Positions 48,298 through 63,200 of a stretch of DNA of 64,000 nucleotides are shown here, piece after piece. Source of the DNA: Candidatus Margulisiibacteriota bacterium (GTDB taxonomy: Bacteria > Margulisbacteria > Marinamargulisbacteria > JBFWNS01); contig JBFWNS010000002.1 of NCBI GenBank assembly GCA_050250935.1, forward strand, positions 32,001-96,000, read 5' to 3'. The notes beneath the pieces are model-generated. The model did not search any database and was not told the DNA's origin. It was given only the letters and a program-made list of their open reading frames with translations. Position 1 is the stretch's first letter; every line of letters starts with the position of its first letter. Position numbers and translations under genes: made by a program.

Positions 48298-51200
48298 TTA
48301 TTTTAGTTTAATCAGCTTGCTGCGGACCTCTTGGGTTTCACCATCGCCTTCGGCAATAATTTTGTACAGATAGACCCCGTTGAGCACCCCACGGCCATCG
48401 CTGTCTTTGCCATTCCAACTTACGTCGTGGTATTCGGCCAGTAAACTGGAAGCCGAGGTATCGCCCTCCAATTCCCGAATCAAATCCCCGCCCAGGGTGA
48501 AAATTTGGATCCGAAGCCGGTTGACCGATTTGCTGAGTTTATACCGAATTTTGGTACTGTCCTTAAACGGATTGGGATAGTTGATCACCCCTTCGATCTG
48601 CAGCTTGGGCGCCACATAAAACCCACCCGCTTCGCTGGAAACGGCTTGGCTGTTCAACGAGGGATTCAATTCCACCACCTGCCACTGCCACCACCCCGGC
48701 GCCAAGGTGTCGGTCCAGAGCGGTGTAAAGGCCAAGGTTGTGTTGGTTCGCTGAATCTGACTGGGCAGTAGATCCCATTTCTGGCTTCGGTCTTCGCTGG
48801 CAAAAGGCGTTGAGTCCATGGGCTCGACCCAATTTTGCTTCAATTCAATGCGGTATTGGAGGGCTGGATTGTAGGTGGGGACTTGCCAGGTGAAAGTGGG
48901 TTTGTTGGTTTGTAGGGTTGGGTTGTTTTTGGGGGAAACTAGGTCTAGACCAACTTCAATTGTAGTATTGCTTGAAACACCCAACAGGGTAGTCCCCGGT
49001 AGAACTGTAGCATAAATGCCATTTGATATCTCGCCATCTAAGCGAACATAAACTGGGGTATCTATTTTGGAGACTACTTTCGTGGTGCCATTCTCTAAAT
49101 ATTTTTTAAAATATAAATATGCGGGGCCAGTAGATTGATAATGGAGGATCCACATTTCGTTTAACCCTTTTTGAAGGGGAATGGTTAATGGAACCGGACC
49201 AGGAACATGACTTGAAATGGCACTAATCACGGTACCATTCACCTTAACCGTTTCATCATCATCAGACTCAATCAGAAAATTATGCTCTTGGGGGGTAATG
49301 GATTGGGGAGAGAAGTAGTAAAAATGGTAGTATTCACTCCAATCATTGCTTGCAAGATTCCCCCTCCCCCCTCCATTGGTACTCGAATAAAAGTTAATAT
49401 CATCTAGAAACGATGTGTACGATAAACGTGAGTTTGAATTGGTTAGAAGTTTCTCGAAATTAACATTTCGAATTCCCCGCATCCATGAACTCATCAGAGC
49501 CTCATTCATCGATTGCTGCTCTGTGGTATCCTGATAAAACCAGTTGGCCGGTATGAAGCTATTGTCTACATCCGTAAATGTCCAATCCATATGCCCCCCA
49601 GTATCCCAATTATCCGTCCATAAAATAAAAGGATAAGATACTTCCTCTTCCATGTTGACTTTTTTCATCACCGCTTCCTCTTTGGCTTCGGGCCGGCTAT
49701 GCACCAAAGTTCCATTAATCCATAGACGACACCCCCCAATATGGCTCACATAAAACTGTTTTAAGCCACCTTGCCCTCTTGGCGCTCTAATAAATCCTTT
49801 GACAATGGCACCGTACTGCCCATTTGTTGGGAAATCGAAATCCTCGGCCCTTAACCAAAATTGCTTATTTAGCATTACACGTGTAGACATTGGATGTGCA
49901 TAGAAAGTCATACTACGATTGTCTCCTGTACGGGTAAACGAATAGGTGTCGAGCCTAAAACCAGGCAGCAAAGTTGTGATTCTGGTTCGAAACCCTTCAT
50001 AATCTACGGGCAATGAAATTTTGGTTCTTTGTGCTGAATCAGACTGAAGCACATAGACAACAACACCCCCATTTGGCCCGATATCTGACTGCACATCTAG
50101 TGCTTTACCGGCTGTTACACAAGAATATCGTGGGCTCCAACTCAACCCATCGTCGCTAAGGGCAATATCAACTTTGGCATCGGAAGGAACAACCGCCCAT
50201 TGTTTATTATTAATTTTTCTGAATAAAACAGGGTCTGCAGCCACCGTATAATTGGCAACATCTTGCTGATAAGTGAGCCTAAAAGAGATTGTTTTGCTTG
50301 TTGTAAAAACATTGTCAGACACAACAATCTCGGCATTATACGTTCCTTCCAATGGGGAATAGCCTTCAATGGTTTTCAAGTCCCAGAGCACATCGCTGAC
50401 CTCTCCATTCAGTTTTTGACCCAAGAGTAGTGTTTTAACCACACTCCCATCCTGCCGCTTAATTTTGACCTGAACCGGCATGCTGGCGATGAGGTTGTCT
50501 GACACCCGGAAATGGATGACCATGTTGCCGTCGTAAACGGGGTTCACAGTGGGGGTCACTTGAACCTGGTCGATGACTGGGGCTGTCGAATCGAATCGAT
50601 AGGTGCCTTGCCAGGTTCCGGTGTTGGTGGCGATGTCCCCTGCCCTTAATGCCAAAATATGGTCGCCATCTCCGGGAATGGGAATGGCCCCGCTGGCCCA
50701 GTCTGTCCAAGGACCGTTGTTCCAGCGGTATTGGCGATAAGCCCACCCTGAATTTCCGTCGTCTGTCATGGATACCACAATGCCAGACAACGCCGTTCGC
50801 CATTGATCCGAACTGCCAGCAGCCGAAACCACAGGGGCTTGGGTGTCTTGGGCATAAACCGCGTTCCAAACCGTACTGGGGTTAAAGGCTTGGTCCCAGG
50901 CTTGAAGGTAGAGGGTGTGGGTACCTTCGCTGGGAATGGCGGTTGTTTGGCCGTTGGCAAACACAGTTCCGTTGCTGACATCGGGATTATCCCAGCGGTA
51001 TTTTACATAGCCGGGATTTAACCCAGAGCCAGGGGTCGGATCGGTGGCCGTTAAGGTGATGTTCCCAATGGCCGTGGTATACCAGCCCAATTGCACTTTA
51101 TTGGCACTCACGACTGGGACTTGGGTGTCTTGTTGATAGGGCCCACTCCACACGGTACTGGCATTGCCCGCAGCATCCCAAGCTTGCAGGTAGAGGGTGT

Positions 51201-54200
51201 GGGCCCCTTCGCCTGGGATTGTGAGGGTTTGTCCTGTTGAAAACGATGTTCCATTGGCCACAGCGACATTGTCCCAGCGGTATTTTGCGCCGCTCAATCC
51301 GCTGCCCGGTGCCGCATCGGACACCGACAGGGTGATGGTTCCAATGGGCACCACCGACCATTGGGAACTGCTTTTGTCTGCCAAAACCACTGGGGGTACC
51401 GTGTCGATGTTGTAGTCCCCTGTCCACAATCCGGACACATTGCCAGCAGTATCGTAGGCCTTCAGATAGAGGGTATGACGCCCTTCTCCAGGCACCGTAA
51501 TGCCCGTTCCATTCGCAAACGAGGTTCCAGAATCCACCAGAACATTGTCCCAGCGATACTTGGTTCGAACTGGATCCAAACCCGAACCTGGCACCCCATC
51601 GGTAGCCGTCAGGGTGATGGTTCCCAGCGAAAACAAATACCACCCCGAATTGGATAAATTGGCCGAAGTTTGGGGTGTCGCCGTGTCTTGCTTGTACAAC
51701 CCGCTCCACACCACGCCAGCATTCCCCGCCAAATCCCAGACCTGAATATAGAGGGTATGGGATCCCTCGCTTGGGATGACTGTGGTCTGGCCAGAACTAT
51801 AGGGTGTTCCATTGGACACATCGCTGTTGTCCCACCGGTATTTGGCTGTTCCCACCCCAGATCCCGGTGACGGATCGCTGGTATTTAGGGTGATGGTTCC
51901 CAGCGCCGTTGTAGACCAACTGAGCGACGATTTATCGGCACTTCCCGATGGGGCTTGAGTGTCTTGTTTATATGTCCCAGTCCACACCGCACCTGCATTG
52001 CCGGCCACATCCCAACTTTGAACGTACAGGGTATGGCTTCCCTCGGCTGGAATGGTGATGGTTTGACCCGACACAAAGGTCGTTCCATTGGCCACATCTG
52101 GGTTGTCCCACCGGTATTTCGAAGTGCTGATGCCCGAGCCAGGTTGTGGATCGCTTACGGTTAATGTGATGTTTCCAATGGCCGTGGTTTTCCAAGTACC
52201 CGAGGATTTATCTGCAGTGGCAACGGGGGGTTGGGTATCTTGTTTATAGGTACCTGTCCACACAGAACCTGCATTTCCTGCCACATCCCAACTTTGGATA
52301 TACAAGGTATGGCTTCCCTCGGCAGGCATCGTCATGGTCTGCCCCGACACAAAGGCCGTTCCATTGGCCACATCGGCGTTGTCCCAGCGGTATTTCGCGG
52401 TGGTAATACCCGACCCAGGCAAGGCATCGGTGGCCGACAGGGTGATGTTCCCAATCGCCGTCGTCTGCCAAGAACTGGAAGACTGGGTGGCGGTTGCGAC
52501 CGGGGCTTGGGTGTCTTGGTTATAGCTTCCAGACCAAAGCGTAGTGCTGTTTCCGGCGATATCTTGAACTTTCAAATAGAGGGTGTGACTTCCTTCTCCG
52601 GGTGACGACAGAACTTGCCCGTTGCTAAACAAAGAACCGTTCACCACATCCGAATTGTCCCAACGATACATCACGAAATTGGGATTCAAACCAGAGCCCG
52701 GTACAGGGTCACTTGCCGTGAGGGTGATGGATCCGATCGGAGAAACCGACCATCCCGCCTGGGCCTTATTGGCATTGACGGTTGGGGTTTGGGTGTCTTG
52801 CAAATAGGTACCTGACCAGGTTTGGGTATTGCCTGCCATATCGATTGCCGTTAAATAGAGGGTATGACTGCCTTCTGCTGGCAGGGTAATGCTTTGAGAG
52901 GCTACAAACGTGGTTCCATTGGCGGCATCGGCATTGTCCCAGCGGTAATGGGCCGACACCAAACCCGAGAGTGCATCGGAAGCGGATAAGGTAATGGCAC
53001 CAATGGCTGTCTTGGTCCAAAGACCCGTTATTTTATCGGCACCTAAAGTGGGTGGGGTCGCATCAAAAACAGTGGTTCTGATTAGGGTTTCCGATTGATT
53101 TCCCAATCGGTCCCGAAGTCGATAGGCGATTTGCTGGGTGCCCTCGTTGCTAAACGTCACCCCGTCAGAGATTGGGGACAGGCTGTTTAGGGTTTGGATT
53201 ACGGTAAAGGAGCCGCCATTGAGTGCCCGTTCCAAAGTCAGGGGAAGACTGGCGTCCGAGAGCCCACTCAGGTTTAGGGTTGCCGAATTCGCTTTCATAA
53301 ATCCAGCCAAGTTTGAAACCGAGACGGTTGGCGCCAAAGAATCCACCCAAAGGGACTTATTCAGAAGGGTGGTATTTCCAGCCAAATCGGATACCGTCAC
53401 CACCACTGGAAACGTGCCATTGATTCCAGTTGTGTTCACCGAGTAAAGCCCATTCGCCGACACCACCATAGCTCCATTCACGGCGACTTGAACGGCATTC
53501 AAATTGACTTCAGAAATCGTCACGCTAAACGCCACATTGGTTGAAACCTCTCGGTCTGTGGCTGGCAGGGTCGATGCCAACCCATTTTGCCATAGAATCG
53601 AGGCCGAGGGTGCGATGGAATCGTAAACCACCGAGGCCGTTGCCACCGCCGATGTATTGCCGGCTCGGTCTTTGGCCTGAAGGGTGATGGTTTGTGTCCC
53701 TTGAATCGCTTGAAGTGGAAGGGTTGGCCCTGTGACCAACACCCCATTGGCATAAAAGTTCAGCTGTGCTGGGGAATCGGTGTTGTCTTGCGCTATTTTG
53801 GTGTGGGCAATGGACAAAGCATTGGTATACGCCGATCCCAAGGCAAACTGGGTGATGGTTGGCGGGGTATTGTCGATGACCATTTGGTTATTCGCCACCA
53901 CATTTTGGGTGGCCCCATTTCCCGCATTATCGGTAGCGCGAATCTCGACCCGGTACACCCCATCAGGAACCAAAGTTCCACGAAGTGCCACAACAGAATG
54001 GTCGGCTGCATATCGGCCATCCCAAACAGTTGAAACTGGGCTAAACATCGCCGTGATGGTCGCTTGCTTGGTCAACACAGGCTGGTTCGGCTGACCTTCG
54101 GGATAAATCCGCAGTTCGTAGGTTCCCCAGCTGGGCAGTGCGAAGGGTTTGAAATCTTTATTCGGGTAGAGGGCTTTAAAATCAGCACTGGTTCGAATAC

Positions 54201-57200
54201 GCTCATCCACAAACGAGAACATATAATTAATCGGCACAGTTTGATCCAACCCTGGGGCTTTGGGCTCTACGGGCAACGGTGATGATAGCCGAACCCCCGT
54301 GTCTTGATGCAACACCGAAATGTACCCATCAATATTTTGGTTTGCCAGATTTCCTGCTTTGTCTTTGGCGGTAACGGTTACATAATAAAAATACTGGCTT
54401 TTGGCATTGCCCACGAGCTTTCCAGTCTCGTCTTTACCGTCCCAGACAAAACTGTATTCATCCCCATTGGGGCCTGTTTTGGTTGGGTTTGTTAGGGTTT
54501 TAACCAAGACATTGGGGCTAACTTGAACAATCTGTATCGCCGAAACCAAGGCCGGTTCGCTCAGGGTAAACCACACCCGCAACTGATCCTGCTGACCCGA
54601 AACCCCATAGGGCTTTATCACCCCATAATACAGATCGTTTTTGTCCACCGTAATGCCATTATCAGCACCATGATTCGTCACCACAGGGGCTTCCATATCC
54701 AACACGATGGGCAAGGATTGAGGGCTCAGCAGGTTGCCAGCAACATCCCGGGCATTTTCAATTTCCAAGGTGGCGTCTACCTCGTTTGGGTTGGCCAAGA
54801 AGCCCAGATCCGCAGCCTTAATCAACACCTTAAATTCGGCTGTCGAAACGGCATTTGGGGTTACCGTCATCCACGTGGCTTCTTTTCGAATGCCTTGAAC
54901 AGCAACAAAAACCTTGGGATTCATCACCGGTTTTGAAAAAGAAAGAGCGGCCGTCAAATACCCTTGGGCAATCTTGAGTCCCTGGGTATTAAACTGAGAA
55001 AGCGCGGTCGGATCTGGCAACGCATCGGTGTTGAGGGTGACGGTTTTCAGGTCGGGTGGAACCAGATCGAGAGCATAGGTTTTTGCGTAAGGAGCCATGG
55101 CATTTCCTGCTTGGTCTTGAATGCCAGCCAGCTCAAACACCGCAGAGGAGCCCACCAATTGGGCTTCGGTGATGGTTATCTGAACTGCGCTCGTAGTGAT
55201 TTGTTGAATGGGAAGCGCAATCGTTCCAAAAGAAGCGGTAGCAAGGGTACTCGATATCGGCTCGCTAAACGTCACCAAGATTGTTTTGTCGCTTCGGTAC
55301 AAGGGTTCGGGATCAGGTTGACCAGCAGAATCCAACACCGTAACCGAAACAACCTGAGGAGGTGTAAAGTCGGTGATGGTTTCCCGGGTGTTGGTTTCAG
55401 ATACATTGCCCAACCTATCTCGCAAACGAAGCTTTAGGGTTTGTGTTCCTTCGGTGGCAAACGTCACATTCTGGGCGGCAGATCCGGGTTCTTGGACCAA
55501 TGGACCTTCCTGCCAGACCCCACCATTCAAAGACCATTCCAGTTGAACAGGGAACGAGGCATCGGCAATGGCCGATACTTGCAGGGTCGCTGCTCTTGTT
55601 GAAATAAACGCTGGAAAATCGGCTATAGACGCTGTTGGGGGTTGGGTGTCGATACCATAGAGCACAGGGGTCAGCTGGGTGGTGTTTCCTGCGCGATCGG
55701 TAGCCGTAATCGTCACGGAGGCTGTTCCCTGTTGGGCCGTGGGAAGAATCAGGGTTTGGAAACCGCCGCCGGGCAGGGCTTGCATGGGGCTGTCGTTAAA
55801 GGTTGCGTTTAAGGTTGCCAGGGTTTCGTCTGTGGTTACCGTTAAGGTGATGGTTCCTGTGCTGACGGTTTGGAAAACCTCCGATGAGAGTTTTAGCGTG
55901 GGAGCAAGGGTGTCGATTTCAAACAATGTTTCTGTTTGGCTGGTGGTGTTTCCAGCCAAATCGATTCCGGTTGCCAATAGAACTGCTGGGCCTTGGGCAT
56001 CTGTGGCCTCGATGATCGTTGTAAAAACATCACCAGAAGCGGTCATGGGGCGATTATTTAGCCAAAGGGTCTGGGAGGACAAGGCTTCGTTGGCGGTCAG
56101 GGTAACCGTCACTGGGCCAGTGCTTACAAAGGCAGGGGCATTGGTGGAAAGCGTTAGGGTTGGGGCAATGGTGTCGATTTCGAAGGGGATTAGGGTTTCT
56201 TCGGTTCCATTGCCGACGCTGTCTTGGGCCGAGACGACCAGCGTAGCGGGACCCTGAAACGCGGTCGAGGTGATGGTAAAGGCAAGACTATTGCCACTCA
56301 CACTCATCGGGAATCCATTGAGCATTGCGGATAAGCGGGAGAGGGTCTCGTTTGCGGATACCGTTACCACCACGTTTCCGGTACTCAGCCGGCCGCTGGG
56401 TGTTGAAAGGGTCAAAATTGGCTTTTCGGTGTCGATTCGGATGGGTGTTGCTGTTACAACGGTTTGATTGCCCACGGTGTCCGAAGCCAGAAGCATGAGC
56501 TGGGCTAGACCCTGGTTGTCTTCTGCGGTAATGGTTCCGGCAAGTTCGATGGACCCAGAATCGACTATTGTCACCTCGAGGGGCTTTCCATTTAATGTTG
56601 CATTTACGGTGGCCAACGGTTCGTTAACCGTCACCTCAAAGCGAATCGCACCGGTGCTGACGGCTTCAGCTGCAGCGGGCTGCAGGGTTAAAACGGGGGC
56701 AATGGTGTCGATTTCGAAAGGACTCAGGGTTAATTCGGTTCCATTGCCAACCGTATCTTGAGCTGAAACCACAAGGGTGGCTGGACCCTGTTGTTCTGTT
56801 TGCAGAATGGTTGTACTGAGGGTATTCCCGCTCACCGTCATGGCCTTGCTGTTGAGGGTAGCCGTCAGGGTTAATAAGGGTTCATTGGCGTTAATCATCA
56901 CTTGGATGGGGCCAGTGCTGATTCGATTGGGCAGCATAGACACCAGATTTAAACTGGGCGCAACCGTATCCACAACAAAAACCGACGCGGTAACGGAGGA
57001 CTGATTTCCCACCTCGTCCACCGCTTCTACCTCGATATCTGCCGTTCCCTGTGTATCGGCTGGGGTGATGGTGTATCGAAAAACACCCTGCCCCACAGCG
57101 GTCATGGGTTGATGATTAATGCTCGCTCTTAGACTAGACAAGGTTTCGCTCGCATTCACCGTTACTGTGACGCTTCCCAGCCCCACCAGAACGCTGTCAC

Positions 57201-60200
57201 TGGGGCTCAGACTAAGTTTTGGCCCAACAGTGTCGACTACAAAAGGGCTAATTTGGACAACGGTTGCGTTACCCGCCAAATCTTTCGCCCGGACTTCGAA
57301 GTTGGCTGTTCCTTGGGCATCCGCCGAACTGACTACATACCCAAAAACACCACCGCCAACAGCACTCATGGGATGTCCGTTGATGCTGACGGTGGGGGTT
57401 GAAATGTTTTCGCTGGCATTAATCGTCACCTGAACCCATCCCAGACCAACGGTTCTAAAGGGGTCCGCCTGAACAGACACAGTGGGAGCAAGCGTATCCA
57501 CTACCCAAGCTTGTCGGCTATCGTTTAGGCCATTACCCGCAGCATCTTTGGCCATCGTGGTGATGGTTGCCATTCCTTGAACTTCGTCTCCCACGATGGG
57601 AACCGACAGCTGAAAGCTTGAACTTCCGGTTTGAACCCCAGGAATAGTCTTCCCATTCACTGTAAATTTGGGCGATACAACAGCCTCGCTAAACGTCACC
57701 CGTACTTCGATGCTTCCCAAACTGGAAATGGGTTTATTCCAGTTCATGGCCAGAATCTGGGGCTGAACAGTGTCCACCACTACCGTGTTCATCGTGACCA
57801 CAGCGCTGTTTCCAGCCGCATCGACCAGGGTGACGATAATATTGGCCGTTCCTTGGACCTCGTCTTGGCCAATGGTATAGCTCCAGCGCACGGTATTGTC
57901 TGCTGTTGATTGGGTGGTCATGGGGTGACCATTAAAAGTGGCGTTTGCGCTAACCCCTTCGTTGATATTAAGTGTAACCACCACATCGCCTGTTGAAACC
58001 GTTCGGATGCCGCTAATCGTCACCGCTTTTGGAGGGGTAGTGTCGATTACGAAGGGGAGCTGCACGGAGGTGGTCACCCCAGCCTGATTTTGAACCGAAC
58101 TCAACTGAAGCAAGGCCGTCCCGTTCATCCCCGCTGTAATCGCAGCCGAAACCGTCACCGTATTGCCCGACACCGTCAAACTGCAGGGGGTTTCCAGCTG
58201 ATTCAACGTCCATCCTGCCGACAAAACCGTCACCGGTTCCGAAAACACCAGTGTCCCCTGCCAAAGCCCAACGGAGGCGGGATTCGCACTAAACCGATAG
58301 GTTTGTAAAACGGCCGGATCAAACCGTTGGGTGATGATAATCGGCACAGACCATTCGCTTTGATTGCCTGCCAGATCTCGACTGGCAAAAGACAATTGGT
58401 TTTCCCCGGCCTTAAGTGGCAACGAGGTCCAGGGTTGGGCTTGCCCGGTCAATAGAACTTGTGTCGATGCCACCTGTCCATTCTGACTCACCCACAATTC
58501 GGAACCCACATCGCCCAGGAGGGTGACGGAAACCTGCGCTTGATTGGATTGGGGAGAAAACGTTACCACCTGTGGCACCGAGGGGGGAACCGTGTCGATA
58601 CTGAACGGGATTTCGGTGAGGGTACTGGTATTGCCTGCCCTGTCCGTCAGGGTTGCTGTAAAGGTTGCCACGCCCTGCGCATCAGAAGAGGTAATGGTAT
58701 AGGTCCAAAGCCCTTCGCCAACTGGCGTCATGGGGTGTCCATTTAAACGGGCACTTTGGCTGGCAATCAGTTCATTGACCGACACCCCCAGGGTGATGGT
58801 TCCAGCCTTAACCCAAGCGGGGTTGGTGTTTTTGAGGGTCAGAATCGGGGCAATGGTGTCGATTTCGAAAGGAATTAGGGTTAATTCGGTTCCATTGCCG
58901 ACCTTGTCTTTGGCCAAAACCACCAGGGTAGCAGGACCCTGGTGAGCTGTTTGTAAGAGGGTTGTACTGAGGGTATTCCCACTAACCGTCATGGCGGTGC
59001 CGTTTAGGGTTGCTTTAAGGCTAGCAAGGGATTCATTTGCATTAATCGTCACCTGAATTGGCCCGGTGCTGATTCGGCTGGGCAGATTCAAAACGGCGTT
59101 CAGGCTGGGGGCTATTGTATCCACGCTATAGGGCGCTGTGGTTAGGGTAGATTCATTACCGGCCAGATCTTTGGAATGAACCACCACGGTTAGAGCACCT
59201 TGGGGCTCTGAATTTGAAATGGCATAGGTATAGACCCCTGCCCCAAGGGACGTCATAGGTGTTCCATTGAAGGTTACGCTGGCCGTAGCCAGGGTTTCGC
59301 TGGCATTCACCGTCACTTGAATGGAACCAGAAGAGACGGTTTGTTGTGTGATGGGCAGTAAGTTCAACTCCGGTGGTACGGTGTCCACCGCAAAGGGCGT
59401 AGCCGCTAGGATAGACGTGTTTCCAGCCAAATCTTGGGCAGTGAACTGAATAGAGGCCGTTCCTTGGTTTTCTGTTGCTCGGATGTCAATACCAAAAACC
59501 CCAGACCCAAAAGCTGTCATGGGGGTTCCATTGAAGGTTGCCGATACTGTTTTTAAGGCTTCGTTGGCCGTCACAACCACTTGTTGATAGCCAGTACTCA
59601 CCCACCCCGCCGCAGCAGAAAGCAAGGATAGAACGGGCGGTGTTGTGTCCATCACCACCGAGACCGTAGGCGACCAATCGCTGGTATTGCCCATGGCATC
59701 TGTGGATCGGAACTGAAGGGTGTTGTTCCCCTCAACCAACCCCGTAATCGTCACCTGTTTTCCGGAGGCAATGGGCAGCGTTTGAATTGGAACGTTCTGC
59801 CCATTCAAGCTCAGGCTCAAGACAGAACCCGCTTCATCGGCCACAGCCAGGGTTAGGATTGATGTCGTCACCAAAGCCGGGGCCGATACCGATGGCGTTG
59901 CAGGCGGCAAGGTGTCGATCATCAGATAGCCAATCGTCACATCCCCAACCGATTTGATTTCGGTCTGAAGGGGGTTTCCGGCTTGGTCCACAACACCAGA
60001 CAAACTCAAAGACAGGGTCCCTGCCAAGTTCAGCGACGGTGATGAAAGGCTAAAACGATGGGTCACCGACAGGGTGGGACTCAACAGCTCTTGCACCGAA
60101 ACACTCGGGCTTGCCATATCCACCCCTTTCACCACCAATCCCCCACCCGGCACCCACACCGGCTTCGAAAACGTCACCGAAGCGGTTGCCGTTTGGTTGG

Positions 60201-63200
60201 CCCCCAATAGGGTTGACGACACGGAAGCCGAGACAACCGTAGGAGAAATTCGGTCCAAGAGTACCGTCACAGCATTGCCGGTTGCGCTGGCATTGCCCAA
60301 GGTATTTAAGGCTGTTGCTTTAAAAGTATTGGTTCCCTCGGTTAACGAAACCGTGGCCGTGGCCACATTTCCAGACACTGCCAAGGTTTGGATTTGCCCA
60401 ACAGTGTTCATCAATCGAACGGTTTTTGCCCCAGGGGCCGAAACCATCAGCACCGCCACAGATTGACTGGTCACTTGAGGCCCCGCCAACGCCATGCTGG
60501 GCGTCACAGGACCACTGCGACTCACCACCACCTGTACCGGGGTTGTTTCGAATACATTCAAGATCGAGTCTTCCATTCGAATCGTCACCGGATAGGTTCC
60601 ATCGGGAAGATCATTGGCCCAAGCAGGGCTCAAAACAAGGGCCGTCGAGGTTCTGTTTTTCAAATCAAACCCATCGGTCAGCAGGATCTTTTTAACCCCA
60701 CCGACGGTTACGGTTCCATTTAATTTGAGTTCTGTGGAGAGAAAATCAGCCCGAAACAACACATCACTGGCCACTACCTGGGCATTAAGGGTGATGGTTC
60801 CCAAATTGGGGGAATAGGCAATCGGTGATGCAAGGCTCAGCACTGGTTTTTGGGCAATCATGGCAAAGGGATATCTTTTGCTTTCTAAAAGCCCCCCATC
60901 TTCGGCCGTCACCTCGGCAACAAGTGCATAAAGTCCATCGGGCTGAGCCATGCGATTCACATCGTATCCACCCCAGGTTACTGGCAAAGACTGACCCCGT
61001 TGCAACTTGGTTTTGGCCAAGGCAGGCACCAGAACTTTTCCCCCTTCGGTTTCAACCCGTACTTGGACGTCGACCTGGGATTCTGTTGAATCCACCCCAA
61101 CGCTGGCATTCAGGACCTCCAAAATGCCATCCCCATTGGGGGTAAAAAAGGGCTTTTCCGAGTGGATGGTGGCCGTGCCTTTTACGGCTAGTTTGTAGTC
61201 GATATCAAAGACAGATTGAGCTCGATTTTGAGCCTCGTCAACGGCATAGAGTTGAATTTTATAAGAACCATCCAGGCGATCTGTTTTCCCCGACCCCATC
61301 AAATCGGTTAGGGTTAGCGCCGATTTGTTCACCGACTGGTATCGGGGTTTTTCGTACAGGGTATCCAAGGTTTTTCCTTGAGCATCCAACAACGCAATGC
61401 CAAACACCCAAGCAGGATCTATGTCGATATTTTGAATCGTAATGGGAAAGCGGTCTTTGCGCAGTTGGGTTCGGGATAACGTGGGATAGAAAACCGGACC
61501 TCGGGTTTTGATAATCAAGCGCTTTTTGTTGGTTACAGGCTCTGCAATCCCTGCTTTATTGGCCTCGGCAACCCAGTCGTAAATCCCGTCTTTGAGGGGA
61601 ACACCCGAATCGTCTTTACCATCGAAAGTCAGGGTGTACACACCCGCTTTCATGGGTTTTGAAGGGACCAGGGTTCTTGCGACAGTTCCGCGCTGGGAAT
61701 CGGTTAGTTTAAGGGATAGGGCGTCGTAGTCGGTATTGAGGCGTAAATAGAGGGTTAAAGATCCGGTTTGAGGATTCATGGCTTCGGCTGTGGCGTCGAT
61801 CCACAGGTTGGGGAAGTCGTTGATTTGGCTGAGGGTTACGGTGGCCGTGCTGGTGTTGTCCGCCAAATCGGTGGCCGTTGCAACCACCTTATATGTTCCT
61901 TCAGGCAAATAAACGGAAGGCGACTTTCGACCTGTCCACGTTACCGTTGCGGTATCGTGTCGGTTATTCCAAGCAATCTCTGGAATCCACGCTTCCACAG
62001 GTTTGTTGTCAGCGCCTATCACCTTCACATTCAGCAAAGACAATGGTTCTGAACTGCGGAAAACCAGGTCGGTTTGACCTTGATCGTAGGCTTTAAAGGC
62101 CACCGTTTCGGGATGAGTCAGCTCGGGCGGTGTGGAATCCCACGTTAAGGGCAAAGAAAGGCTGGATTTGATGCCAGATTTGGACAGTGCCGCCACCACC
62201 ACTTGCCCCACCCCATCAGGTAGGTTATTTGGAAAAGTTAAGGCTGTTCCACTCTCCCAAGCGCCCAAGGCTACTGGGCTTCCAGAAGCCGGTTGAAATT
62301 GAAGCTGAACATCGGTCCATTCAATGGTATTTTGAAGGGTCAATTTGACCGGTGTATTCCGGCCAGCCAGGGTCCGGGATAAGGTTGAATCTGCAATGGC
62401 CAGGGGTTGATTTTGAATCACCAAATACTGATTCGGGAAGGCCGGTTGAGCTTGATAAAAGGTCCCCCGCAACACATCGGACACCCACACCTCGGTTTTG
62501 AGGGTATAGCCCGCACCATCGGCCCAAGCCGCCGTGGGTTTAAGGCTAAAAGCCCATTGGGTTTGATTCAATCGGTCATCAAACACGGTGACAACCGGTT
62601 TTTCGTCGTTGACGAGGGAGATTTTAAGACGAACATCTTGGCTAACAACAGCAGCCAAGGCCGAAACATTAACGGTAACCGTGATGGGCTTTGCAACCGA
62701 CCCGTATCGGTCCCCAATTTGCCAGACGGGTGCTGGAAGGGATTGAATCACCGGCAAGGTATTTTGAGTCGACACCGACCACCCTGCCGCATCGGTAACG
62801 GTAACACGTAGCGCCACCGAATCGGCTTTGGTTCGTTGCCCCATCACCAAACCAACAGGGACTGCAACCACAGGGTTGGTTGTAATGGTCTCCCATTCGA
62901 AGGTGGGAAGGGCAATTTTATAGATCAGCGGACTGCCAGAAGCATCGGTGGCTTGGATTGAAACCGTCGCGATACCTGGCTCTAAAAACAAGGGTCGAGG
63001 ACTGAGGGTGATTCGAGTAATAACCGGAGGCGCACGGTCGAGTAAAACCTTTACCGAGCCTGTGCTGGTATGTCCAAAACGGTCTACGGCCTGAATGGCC
63101 AACACCGTGGTGCCCTCCGGCCAATCTGAGACATCGAGGGTCATCGGGATTTCTTGGGTTGGGTTGACCGTAACAGATTGTGGGCTTCCTTTGGTGGGAA

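Noticed and set aside
50590..59650. Periodic repeats as a CRISPR array or DGR template/variable repeats
   Set aside because: The units are about 260-280 nt, in frame and protein-coding. There are no cas or reverse transcriptase genes and no adenine-specific mismatch pattern was evident.
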